Positions 18,926-28,045 of a DNA stretch of 52,278 nucleotides are shown piece after piece. The stretch spans positions 86,278 to 138,555 of the forward strand of contig JAYODI010000006.1 of NCBI GenBank assembly GCA_038279365.1. Direction: 5' to 3'. The first letter of the stretch is position 1; each line of letters begins with the position of its first letter. Below the pieces are notes generated by a model. It worked only from the letters and a program-made list of their open reading frames with translations. It was not told where the DNA came from and ran no database searches. This DNA comes from Candidatus Latescibacterota bacterium (GTDB lineage: Bacteria; Latescibacterota; UBA2968). A program made the translations under genes and the position numbers.

Positions 18926-19968
18926 CAGTGCACACGCCCCTCGGCAAAATCTTTCAAGCTTTTAATCTGTTCTTCATTGCCCATCGAAATTAAAATATCC
19001 CCTTCTTGTAAGACAACCGCCGACAAAGATTTTGTCTCAGAATCATCAACACGTGTTCGCCCACTTGGCCCATGAATGCCAATAATGATTGCACCTGTTT
19101 GTTTACCAATGCCCGATTCGCGCAATGCTTTGCCCACCATTGGAGAGTTTTGTGCAATATGCACCTCTTCCATACGCATAGACATGTCCCGTTGCTCCAT
19201 CGCCACATCCAAAAAATTAACCACCGAGGGGCGCAACACAACAGACGCAATGCGCCGCCCTGCTATTTGATAAGGCGAAATAACGCGGTTGGCACCAGCC
19301 CGTTCTAATTTGCCCACCGTTCTCTCTTCGGCAGCACGGGCAACAATCATGAGTTTGGGGTTTAATTGTCGTGCTGTTAACACCACAAAAACGTTGGCTT
19401 CATCTTGGCGAAGCGCAGCCACCAAACCTTTGGCGTGTTCTATTCCCGCCTCCAATAACCTCTCATCATCTTCTGCATCACCTTGTAAAAAAACAACACT
19501 TTCATCACGTGCCAACTCCGACGCATCAGGGTTGCGTTCTATAATCAAAAATGGCACTCCCTCCCGCTGAAACTCCAAGGCCACTTCTTTACCCACAACC
19601 CCACAACCGCAAATGATATAGTGATTACGCATTTTCGAAATCTTACGCTCCATACGACGCCCTCGCATCAACTGTAATATCTGTCCCTCAAAAATAAAAG
19701 CAATCACTGTCGTAACAGAATATCCTGCTGTTAACATACTGCAAAAAAGAAGCACAATTGTAAACTGCCGACCGGCCTCAGACAGCCGATGTACCTCACC
19801 ATACCCTACCGTTGTAATCGTAATGACCGTCATATACAAACTGTCAGTTATCGTCCAAGGCTCGCCATCTGCCTGATTGCCTTCAATGAGATAATAGCCC
19901 AACGTGCCACCACCAATAACACCTGCTAACAATAAAAATGCAATGGCAAACCGCATAAAAGAGCCCAT
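18925..19968 (-). CDS. Two-TM potassium channel with RCK_N/RCK_C domains (MthK-like)
   Basis: Selectivity filter TTVGYG, Rossmann motif IICGCGVVG and a C-terminal RCK_C. The ATG at 19968 follows the trkH stop. Confidence 0.9.
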   Translation of the reverse strand: MGSFMRFAIAFLLLAGVIGGGTLGYYLIEGNQADGEPWTITDSLYMTVITITTVGYGEVHRLSEAGRQFTIVLLFCSMLTAGYSVTTVIAFIFEGQILQLMRGRRMERKISKMRNHYIICGCGVVGKEVALEFQREGVPFLIIERNPDASELARDESVVFLQGDAEDDERLLEAGIEHAKGLVAALRQDEANVFVVLTARQLNPKLMIVARAAEERTVGKLERAGANRVISPYQIAGRRIASVVLRPSVVNFLDVAMEQRDMSMRMEEVHIAQNSPMVGKALRESGIGKQTGAIIIGIHGPSGRTRVDDSETKSLSAVVLQEGDILISMGNEEQIKSLKDFAEGRVH

Positions 19969-19969
19969 A

Positions 19970-21421
19970 TCAATGCCCTCTCCAAAAAGCAGGCATAAAT
20001 AAGACCAACACAGCAAAAAGTTCCAAACGCCCTAAAACCATACAAAGAGACAACAAATATTTACCAGCATCTGGAATCGACGAAAAATTGTCAACAGGCC
20101 CAACCATGCCCAAACCAGGTCCAATATTGTTCAATGCCGTAATGACAGCCGTTACGGCTGTTACCAGATCAACCCCCATAGCCGCCATCGCCAAAGAGCC
20201 AAAAAGCACCACATGCAACGAAATAACAAAAAAAATCAAAATGGCATCTCGAACGTCATTTTCCACAGGAACACCACCAATTTTTAATGTTCTGACCAAA
20301 TGAGGGCGAAACACTTTCTCCAAACCCAAATAACCTTGTTTGAGAACCACCAAAATCCGAACCACTTTCATCCCCCCTCCCGTGGATCCAGCACATCCCC
20401 CCACAAACATCAATGCCACCAATATCAATTGAGAAAAAGAAGACCACTGCTCAAAATCAGCCGTTCCAAATCCTGTTGTAGTGACAATAGATACCACTTG
20501 AAAACCCGCGTGCCTAATCGCATGGAAAATGCTGCCATACATTTGTCGCAAAACCAAGTCAACCGATATCAATAATGTTGCAACTGCAATAATACCCATA
20601 TAAAAACGCCATTCGGAATTGCGCCAAAACGTTTTCCAATCTCCTTTGATGATCTGAAAATACAAACCAAAATTTGTTCCGGCCAAAATCATAAACACAA
20701 CAATGACCACCTCAATCACAACATTATTATAATATCCAACGCTTTTGTTCCAAACCGAAAATCCACCAGTCGCCATTGTACCAAAAGTATGACACAATGC
20801 ATCGTAAAACGACATGCCCAATGCCCACAAAACAGCAACCAAGATCACTGTCAAACCCAAGTAAATACGCCATAATAACGCAGCTGTTTCACTTATTCGG
20901 GGGCGTAAAACTTCGGCCGTAGGACCTGGTACTTCCGATTTGAACAGCTGTTTACCACTCACACGGAGGTAAGGCAAAATAGCCACAAACAGAACAACAA
21001 TGCCCATGCCCCCCAACCAATGGGTAAAACTGCGCCAAAACAATACCCCTTTGGGCAATGCCTCTATATCTTGCAAAATGGTTGAACCCGTTGTTGTAAA
21101 ACCAGACATTGCTTCAAAATATGCATCGGAGAAATTGGGAGTTACACCAGAAAAATAAAACGGCAACGCGCCAAAAAGTGCCGCCAGCAACCAACTCAAC
21201 CCCACCATGGCCATACCTTCTCGTCGCAACACGGGTGCCTTGCTGCGCCACCCCAAGGCAAACAATCCTCCTCCAGCACCAAAACAAATGAGCATGGACA
21301 AACCCAGTGCGCCCACATCGGGCTCACCCAAATACAAACTCCACAAAAGAGAAAAGCTCATCGACAAGCCGATAAACATCACAAGCACGCCAACGAGCCT
21401 TAATACGGTACGCAAATTCAT
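19970..21421 (-). CDS. trkH: Trk potassium uptake permease
   Basis: FEAMSGFTTTGST, WLGGMG, ATGGFS, TTTGF, GGCAGSTGGGMK, NNIGPGLG and GRLE. Confidence 0.95.
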   Translation of the reverse strand: MNLRTVLRLVGVLVMFIGLSMSFSLLWSLYLGEPDVGALGLSMLICFGAGGGLFALGWRSKAPVLRREGMAMVGLSWLLAALFGALPFYFSGVTPNFSDAYFEAMSGFTTTGSTILQDIEALPKGVLFWRSFTHWLGGMGIVVLFVAILPYLRVSGKQLFKSEVPGPTAEVLRPRISETAALLWRIYLGLTVILVAVLWALGMSFYDALCHTFGTMATGGFSVWNKSVGYYNNVVIEVVIVVFMILAGTNFGLYFQIIKGDWKTFWRNSEWRFYMGIIAVATLLISVDLVLRQMYGSIFHAIRHAGFQVVSIVTTTGFGTADFEQWSSFSQLILVALMFVGGCAGSTGGGMKVVRILVVLKQGYLGLEKVFRPHLVRTLKIGGVPVENDVRDAILIFFVISLHVVLFGSLAMAAMGVDLVTAVTAVITALNNIGPGLGMVGPVDNFSSIPDAGKYLLSLCMVLGRLELFAVLVLFMPAFWRGH

Positions 21422-21433
21422 ATTATTATGATC

Positions 21434-22798
21434 TCAATTTTTCCATTTCGGACTTTGGAACAATGTCTCCAACTCATCCAAAACATCAGACAAAACAAAT
21501 GCAATGACGGTATCTCCGGCCAAAATGGTATCGCCACCGCGAGGTACCAATACTTCATCTCCGCGTACCAATGCACCAATAATAACACCCTTTGGAAAAC
21601 GCAACTCATCACCCAAGATGCGATTTACTGCTGGCGCATTGGGCTCTGCGGTCAACTCGACAACTTCGGCATTCCCATCTTGCAACAACGCCATTGAACG
21701 AATATTCGAACCTCCCGCCAAAGTCAAAATACGGTTGCCCGTCAAAATACGTGGGCTCACCGCATGATCAATCCCTACGCGCTCCACCAATGGAGCATAA
21801 TCTGCCCGGTTCACAGCCACAACAACATGCGCCACACCCATTTGTTTGGCTTGCAAAGAAGACATCAAATTGACCTCATCATTGCCACATAAGGCCACAA
21901 ACACATCGGCATCACCTACGCGTTCTTCTGCCAATACAGACAACCGCGTTGCATCACCATGAATAATACGCGTCCCCGACAAAATGCGAGACAAAGCATC
22001 ACACCGCTCACGCACGCCTTCTATGAGCGTAACCGCAACACCACGCGTTTCCATAATTTGCGCCAACATTAAAGCCGTTGTACCTCCCCCGGCAATCACC
22101 ACACTTTCGGCACCTTCTTCCACATCTTTAAAGAGTCGACGCACCGCCCGTGCATTTCCCGATGGCATAATAACCGTTACGCGATCCCCTGCACAAACCA
22201 CATCTTCTGGCCCCGGAATGGTCATCACTGAACCACGCGAAAGCGATACAACCAAAGACTCCAGTTCGCGATCGGGAGGAAACAGATCACAGATGCGCTT
22301 ACCTGCCGCAGACGAGTCATTGGGAACCATCATTTGGCGCATTTGCACTTTTTCTTGTGCAAAACTTTCCACAGCAACTGCTGCCGGATTTTCTATGAGT
22401 TTGGCAATTTCAAATGCAGTAATCGATTGGGGGGAAATAATCATATCGATATTTAACAGATTTCGATATTCAATTTTTCCACTCTTGTGATATGCCTGAT
22501 TATAAACGCGTGCAGCAGACCTTACGGCACCCAACTGTTTGGCAGTACCTGCAGCAATCAAATTGACCTCATCACTGTTTGTGACAGCGGCCACAAGATC
22601 GGCACGCGCCACTCCTGCCATTTCCAGAATTTGTGGATTTGCACCATGTTCACAAATGGTACGAATATCCAAATTCTCTTCGGCATGCATTAACCGATTG
22701 CGATCAACATCAATCATGGTCACACTGTGCTTTTCCTGAGACAACACTTGCGCAATATGAGAACCTGCCTGCCCTGCGCCAATAACAATAACTTCCAT
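21434..22798 (-). CDS. trkA: Trk potassium uptake gating subunit (2x RCK_N/RCK_C)
   Basis: IVIGAGQAG, VTNSDEVN, second Rossmann VIAGGG, HGDAT and AVSPR; 454 aa; adjacent to trkH. Confidence 0.93.
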   Translation of the reverse strand: MEVIVIGAGQAGSHIAQVLSQEKHSVTMIDVDRNRLMHAEENLDIRTICEHGANPQILEMAGVARADLVAAVTNSDEVNLIAAGTAKQLGAVRSAARVYNQAYHKSGKIEYRNLLNIDMIISPQSITAFEIAKLIENPAAVAVESFAQEKVQMRQMMVPNDSSAAGKRICDLFPPDRELESLVVSLSRGSVMTIPGPEDVVCAGDRVTVIMPSGNARAVRRLFKDVEEGAESVVIAGGGTTALMLAQIMETRGVAVTLIEGVRERCDALSRILSGTRIIHGDATRLSVLAEERVGDADVFVALCGNDEVNLMSSLQAKQMGVAHVVVAVNRADYAPLVERVGIDHAVSPRILTGNRILTLAGGSNIRSMALLQDGNAEVVELTAEPNAPAVNRILGDELRFPKGVIIGALVRGDEVLVPRGGDTILAGDTVIAFVLSDVLDELETLFQSPKWKN

Positions 22799-22836
22799 AG
22801 ATTGCTCTTATCTCCGAAGATTGCTCTTATCTCCGA
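22799..22836. repeat. Perfect 19-bp tandem duplication
   Basis: AGATTGCTCTTATCTCCGA occurs at 22799-22817 and 22818-22836. Confidence 0.95.
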
Positions 22837-23744
22837 CGCTCTTGTTTAACCCTTCGTCTTGGAGGGTCTATGCGCAAAACAATGTTGCCACGCCGAAAGG
22901 CACGCACCGCACCCGTTGATTCAGATACGGCAATTGCAATTGATCGCGTGGTTTTTGTAATCGATGCCGCAGCCACATGCCGTGCCCCTAATCCTTTGGG
23001 CAAAACCAACCCCTTTACTTCGGCAGAAATATATCGGCCACCCGAAAGAATGACCCCATCTTCCTGAACAATAAAAGCCCCATCCATAAGCGCAACTTCT
23101 TTGACACCTTCATGGATATCGGGATTGCATATGTTTTTTTCTCTTTCGGCATACCCCCGAAAAGGATCAAAGGTCATAACCCGGGAACTGTTTGAAACAC
23201 GTTCCGAATCGCCAATGACAAACAGCGTACCAATAGGATCTCCTTCTCGGCCTTCTTGCCCAATTTCTACGGCTAAGTCTAAAACTGCTTTAACCACCTC
23301 CAAGGGCAAGTCACCGGCCAATTCCGCCACACGCAATGGATCATATCCTTCAAAACCGTGGTCCGTATCAACCACAACCATGGCATCCACATTGCGCGGG
23401 TCTAACATCCGTGTCACACATACCAAACGACTGCCGCGCCGAATGTAGCCCCCCTCCATGCCCAAAATGACACACTGTCGAACCCGTTCAAAGTGCGAAA
23501 TATCATCTGTACCAAAATCAAAATGCAAACGCTGAACACCCGTTTCTTCTATCCCACTCAAAAAACTTTTATTACGTGTAACAACCAAAGTTGTACACAC
23601 CTCATTAATTTTTTGTACAGATGCCTTTGTGATACCCGAATCGGCCACCAACAAAATCAAGTCGGCTTTCATATCTTGGGCAAATTCAGCAGCCATATCC
23701 AAAAAAATTTGTGACTGATTTCGTTTTTTAGACGACTTAGCCAT
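22827..23744 (-). CDS. dacZ: Diadenylate cyclase, DacZ-like (DisA_N/DAC domain with N-terminal extension)
   Basis: EGREG..IGTLF, DGA (ALMDGAF), GLGARH.AAA and AVSESTG; no TM helices and no HhH domain. Confidence 0.8.
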   Translation of the reverse strand: MAKSSKKRNQSQIFLDMAAEFAQDMKADLILLVADSGITKASVQKINEVCTTLVVTRNKSFLSGIEETGVQRLHFDFGTDDISHFERVRQCVILGMEGGYIRRGSRLVCVTRMLDPRNVDAMVVVDTDHGFEGYDPLRVAELAGDLPLEVVKAVLDLAVEIGQEGREGDPIGTLFVIGDSERVSNSSRVMTFDPFRGYAEREKNICNPDIHEGVKEVALMDGAFIVQEDGVILSGGRYISAEVKGLVLPKGLGARHVAAASITKTTRSIAIAVSESTGAVRAFRRGNIVLRIDPPRRRVKQERRR

Positions 23745-23765
23745 GTGACGCTCAATATCTCACAG

Positions 23766-23792
23766 AAAAGACCACCCCAAAAAGAGTGGTCT
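23766..23792 (-). terminator. Hairpin/possible terminator between kptA and dacZ
   Basis: Minus strand AGACCACTC-TTTTT-GGGGTGGTCT followed by a short T run. Confidence 0.5.
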
Positions 23793-23818
23793 AATAACAA
23801 ATAAATCTACCCACCCTA

Positions 23819-24460
23819 TTAACGACGCGTTCCAAAACGACGCCGACGGCCATAAGTAACTGTTTTGGGCGTATCATCGCCCGTCCCATCATTTTCCTCA
23901 GCTACTTTTGAAACGTCACCTGCACGTTCAAGCGTTAGAAACTCAGAAGAAATAGCCTGAGTTAAAATGGTCGGCCCACAATCATAAAATGGCACCCCCG
24001 CCTCAAATGCGCGTTGGGCATCAATACGAATAACAGCTCCCAATAAGCCTGGTCGACTGCTTAATTGTTCGGCCACATCAGGATCAAACGACAAATGCAG
24101 ATATTCTCGGTCTTTTGAACGCAAACCTTCTGAAATTACGGCCTGTGCGGCAGACGGGTCAACACCTTTATAGAGAAATTCGGGAGGTTGTGACGAATCA
24201 ACCCCCAATTCGATGTAAAAACTATGGCCATATCGGGCGCGAATTTTGCCATCTACAATTTCAAAGCGTTGTTTTTCACCATCATAAACCACTGCCTCTA
24301 TTGATTCAACCGTTAAAGAAGCATCCTTTTTTTGCAATGCGCTCAAAACCGCTTCCAAATCAGCAAAACCATATGTATCTACTTCCAGCCCAAATTCTTG
24401 GGGTCTATGGCGCAACATCAATGATAAGAGTTTGGATATCTGAATTTTATTTCGCAGCAT
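23819..24460 (-). CDS. kptA: RNA 2'-phosphotransferase (Tpt1/KptA family)
   Basis: SKLLSLMLRHRP, KQRF, IRARYGHS and R..LHLS. Confidence 0.85.
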   Translation of the reverse strand: MLRNKIQISKLLSLMLRHRPQEFGLEVDTYGFADLEAVLSALQKKDASLTVESIEAVVYDGEKQRFEIVDGKIRARYGHSFYIELGVDSSQPPEFLYKGVDPSAAQAVISEGLRSKDREYLHLSFDPDVAEQLSSRPGLLGAVIRIDAQRAFEAGVPFYDCGPTILTQAISSEFLTLERAGDVSKVAEENDGTGDDTPKTVTYGRRRRFGTRR

Positions 24461-24565
24461 GGTGATTGCCCCTAATGACAAATTTTAAAAACGCGATAGC
24501 ACCCAATGTGCCTAAATGCGATACGATACGTCCAAACACTCCCCAAATTATTGAAGCCTTTCAGA

Positions 24566-25942
24566 TCAAGTCATTTCAAATGCAACTTCTTGCGCCGCAT
24601 CAATATCTTGAACACCGATCAATTCCAAACCATCAGGAGGCCGAATGCCAGCCAAATTTCCTTTTGAAACAATACATCGCAAAAATCCCAATTTGTGTGC
24701 CTCGGCAATGCGGCGATCCATTTGCCCAACAGGCCGAATCTCTCCACCCAAACCCAATTCTCCAAATACAACCGTATCGTGGGGCACCTGCTTATTGCGA
24801 AAGCTCGAAACCATAGCCAACGCAATACCCAAGTCTACAGCAGGTTCCTCTAAACGCAACCCCCCAGCGACATTCAAAAAAATATCTTGTGATCCCAGTT
24901 GCAAACCCGACCTTTTTTCCAACACGGCAACCAAAATGGCCATGCGTCGGCTGTCAAAACCGTTGGCCACGCGCTGTGGATAACCAAAGTTACTGCTGGC
25001 CACCAAAGACTGTACTTCAACCAAAATCGGTCGGGTACCTTCCACCGTACAAATGGTTACAGCGCCTTCTCGACGTTCATTTCGGTCTGGCAAAAAGACT
25101 TGTGACGGATTGGGCACTTCGACCATGCCAGCATCTCGCATTTCAAAAATGCCAATTTCATTGGTCGAGCCAAAACGATTTTTAGCCGCACGCAAAATGC
25201 GAAAAACACCGTGCCGCTCCCCTTCCAAATACAAAACCGTATCTACAAGATGCTCCAAAACCCGAGGACCTGCAACCGTGCCCTCTTTGGTCACGTGCCC
25301 AACCAAAAAAACCGCTGTGCCCGTGCGCTTGGCCAAAGACACCAACCTTGCAGCACATTCTCTTACTTGCCCGACCCCACCTGGGGCACTTGGTAATTCG
25401 GGGTTAAATATGGTCTGTATAGAATCTACCACCACAGCTACAGGTTGGATTTCTTCAATATATCCACAAATAAGTTCCAGGTTTGATTCCGAAACCAAGA
25501 GCAAATCTTCGGCTAAGGCACCAATTCGTTGGGCACGCATGCGGGTTTGGCGAGGTGATTCTTCTGCCGATACATAAAGTACCTTCAAGCCATTTAAAGC
25601 AAGGTGAGACACCACCTGTAACAATAACGTCGATTTACCAATGCCAGGGTCTCCTCCCACCAGTGCGGCCAATCCCGCCACAATTCCCCCACCCAACGTG
25701 CGATCAAATTCTGCAATATGGGTGGTTGTGCGTTCATCTTGTCCACCAATAACTTCCGTAATAGGCACGGGAGGATTGGCCCGAATAAGACCTTCGCGCT
25801 TTTTCTGTTCTGATGATGAGGCTGGTGTCGCCACTTCTTCAACACACGTATTCCAAGCCCCGCACCCAGCACAACGCCCAAACCACCTTCCCGAATCGGC
25901 ACCACACTGCTGACAAATAAAACGCACCCGCATTTTGGCCAT
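24566..25942 (-). CDS. radA: DNA repair protein RadA/Sms
   Basis: Zn finger CQQC...CAGC, GDPGIGKST, KNRFG and a Lon-like C-terminus. Confidence 0.97.
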   Translation of the reverse strand: MAKMRVRFICQQCGADSGRWFGRCAGCGAWNTCVEEVATPASSSEQKKREGLIRANPPVPITEVIGGQDERTTTHIAEFDRTLGGGIVAGLAALVGGDPGIGKSTLLLQVVSHLALNGLKVLYVSAEESPRQTRMRAQRIGALAEDLLLVSESNLELICGYIEEIQPVAVVVDSIQTIFNPELPSAPGGVGQVRECAARLVSLAKRTGTAVFLVGHVTKEGTVAGPRVLEHLVDTVLYLEGERHGVFRILRAAKNRFGSTNEIGIFEMRDAGMVEVPNPSQVFLPDRNERREGAVTICTVEGTRPILVEVQSLVASSNFGYPQRVANGFDSRRMAILVAVLEKRSGLQLGSQDIFLNVAGGLRLEEPAVDLGIALAMVSSFRNKQVPHDTVVFGELGLGGEIRPVGQMDRRIAEAHKLGFLRCIVSKGNLAGIRPPDGLELIGVQDIDAAQEVAFEMT

Positions 25943-25956
25943 CGGCGCCTCCCAGT

Positions 25957-27342
25957 TTAAGGAAATTCGCGATACAATTCGGGTTCTTCAAAACGCAAAT
26001 ATTCGCCCACAAATGTCAAAAACACACTGCCAATTGGCCCACTTCGCTGTTTCCCCAAAATCAACTCTGCCACACCTTCTTGAGAATTGCCTTCTTCATC
26101 AGTTATACCATATACTTCGGGGCGAAATAAAAACATCACCACATCGGCATCTTGCTCAATACTCCCCGATTCTCGAAGATCCGATAATTGGGGGCGTTTG
26201 TCTGTGCGGCTCTCTACTGCCCGAGACAACTGAGAGCACGCAATAACGGGAACATTGAGCTCTTTGGCCAACCCCTTAAGAGAACGAGAAATGTAAGCGA
26301 TCTCTTGTTCGCGACTGCCAAAATTCTCAGAAGCAGTCATCAACTGCAAGTAATCTATAAAAATCAAACCAATATTGTGTTCGGCTTTTGCCCGTCGTGC
26401 TTTGGCACGCACTTCCATAATTGAAATACCTGCGGTATCGTCAATATAAATGGGGGCTTCCATGAGCTTGCCCGTCCATTCAGACAAACGTTGCCACTCT
26501 TCTTCTGACAAACGCCCAGTGCGCAACCGATGCGAACTTACTCGAGCCTCAGAACACAAGAGCCGTTGTGCCAGTTGCTGCACAGACATTTCCAACGAAA
26601 AATACAAAACAGGTGTGTTGCCTTTAATGGCCGCATTGCGTGCCACACAAAGGGTAATGGCCGTTTTGCCCATTGCAGGACGCGCGGCCAAAATAATCAA
26701 ATCGGAAGCTTGCAAACCAGCTGTAATTTCGTCAAGCTCCGTATACCCTGTCGTCACCCCCGATAAAGACCCCGCATTTTCATGGGCGCGTTCAATGGCC
26801 GCAAATGTTTCATCCATCACCGATTCTAATGACACCACCCCTTTGCCCAACTCGCCTTCAGCTATTTGAAACACACGTTGTTCTGCACGATCAATCACCT
26901 CGCGCACATCATTTGTCTCATCATAAGATTCGATGGCCGTCTGTGTCGAGGCATCAATCAAACGCCGCCTTTGGGCTTTTTCTAAAACAATATTGGCATG
27001 ATATTCTACATTGGTCGCAGTGGCCATTTCACCAGCCAATTCTGCAATAAATACAGCCCCTCCAACCTCATCCAATTGACCACGACGAGACAGTTCTTCC
27101 GTAAGCGTTACCTGATCTACAGGCTCACCCCGTTCTGATAGCCGATGAATACATGCATATATTTTGCGATGTGGCGTATGGTAAAAAGCCGTTTCATCAC
27201 CCAATACTTCAATCACGCGGTTGATTGCCAAGTTATCAATCAACATGGCACCTAAAACGGCACGCTCAACATCCAAAGCTTGGGGTTGGGCACGATCAAC
27301 AGCAGATGCAGGTGATGAAGAGGTTGGGCGCTCACTGGCCAT
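25957..27342 (-). CDS. dnaB: Replicative DNA helicase
   Basis: AARPAMGKT, FSLEM, IDYLQL, SQLSRAVE, DLRESGSIEQDAD and KQRSG. Confidence 0.97.
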   Translation of the reverse strand: MASERPTSSSPASAVDRAQPQALDVERAVLGAMLIDNLAINRVIEVLGDETAFYHTPHRKIYACIHRLSERGEPVDQVTLTEELSRRGQLDEVGGAVFIAELAGEMATATNVEYHANIVLEKAQRRRLIDASTQTAIESYDETNDVREVIDRAEQRVFQIAEGELGKGVVSLESVMDETFAAIERAHENAGSLSGVTTGYTELDEITAGLQASDLIILAARPAMGKTAITLCVARNAAIKGNTPVLYFSLEMSVQQLAQRLLCSEARVSSHRLRTGRLSEEEWQRLSEWTGKLMEAPIYIDDTAGISIMEVRAKARRAKAEHNIGLIFIDYLQLMTASENFGSREQEIAYISRSLKGLAKELNVPVIACSQLSRAVESRTDKRPQLSDLRESGSIEQDADVVMFLFRPEVYGITDEEGNSQEGVAELILGKQRSGPIGSVFLTFVGEYLRFEEPELYREFP

Positions 27343-27344
27343 AA

Positions 27345-28040
27345 TTATAACTCGGTTCCATCATAAAGGTGACGAACTAATTTTAAGTCTTCCCACGTAG
27401 GGCGTTTCCATTGGGCATTTCGCAAAAGTGCCGCAGGGTGGTATGTGGGAACCAATTTTACACCGTGATAATCAAAAACCTGCCCACGCAAACGCCCCAT
27501 AGAATCTGTGGTTTTAAGCAGTGTCTGTGCAGCAAAACGCCCCAATGTACAAATGACCAACGGGGCAACCATCTCTATTTGTTGGAGCAAATAGGGCTCA
27601 CATTGGGCAATTTCTTCGGGCAACGGATCGCGGTTATTGGGAGGGCGACATTTAACCACATTGGCAATATACACATCTTCACGCAACAATCCCATTGCCT
27701 CAATCATGCGCGTCAACAACTGGCCAGCCGCGCCCACAAAAGGGATACCCTGTTTGTCTTCTTCGGCCCCAGGCGCTTCACCAATAAACATAATATCGGC
27801 ATTGGGATGTCCTGTGCCAAATACGACAGAAGAACGTCGTTCACATAATTGGCAGGCCTGACAATTTATAACCTGTGCCTGTAGGGTTTCCAAATTCTCA
27901 CGGGGAACAGCAACAACCTCACCCGATTCCGTTGACAGAGGCAATTTAGGAATCCCATCAAGACCCAATTCTCGCTGTTGTTTTAAAAATTCGCGAGCCA
28001 AATCCAATATTTCTTGTGTTTGTTCTGCCCGATCCACCAT
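27345..28040 (-). CDS. Uracil-DNA glycosylase family 4 (Fe-S)
   Basis: [27 protein letters not shown] and TYHPAA. Confidence 0.93.
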   Translation of the reverse strand: MVDRAEQTQEILDLAREFLKQQRELGLDGIPKLPLSTESGEVVAVPRENLETLQAQVINCQACQLCERRSSVVFGTGHPNADIMFIGEAPGAEEDKQGIPFVGAAGQLLTRMIEAMGLLREDVYIANVVKCRPPNNRDPLPEEIAQCEPYLLQQIEMVAPLVICTLGRFAAQTLLKTTDSMGRLRGQVFDYHGVKLVPTYHPAALLRNAQWKRPTWEDLKLVRHLYDGTEL

Positions 28041-28045
28041 CGGAT

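Noticed and set aside
22827-23744. DAC as a CBASS-like nucleotide-signalling defence enzyme
   Set aside because: No effector or ancillary defence genes are adjacent; the neighbours are K+ transport genes.
23819-24460. KptA as an ADP-ribosylating toxin or anti-phage gene
   Set aside because: No antitoxin, macrodomain or defence genes nearby; the context is housekeeping.
25957-27342. Intein in DnaB (also considered for RadA)
   Set aside because: Both proteins are normal length with contiguous motifs.
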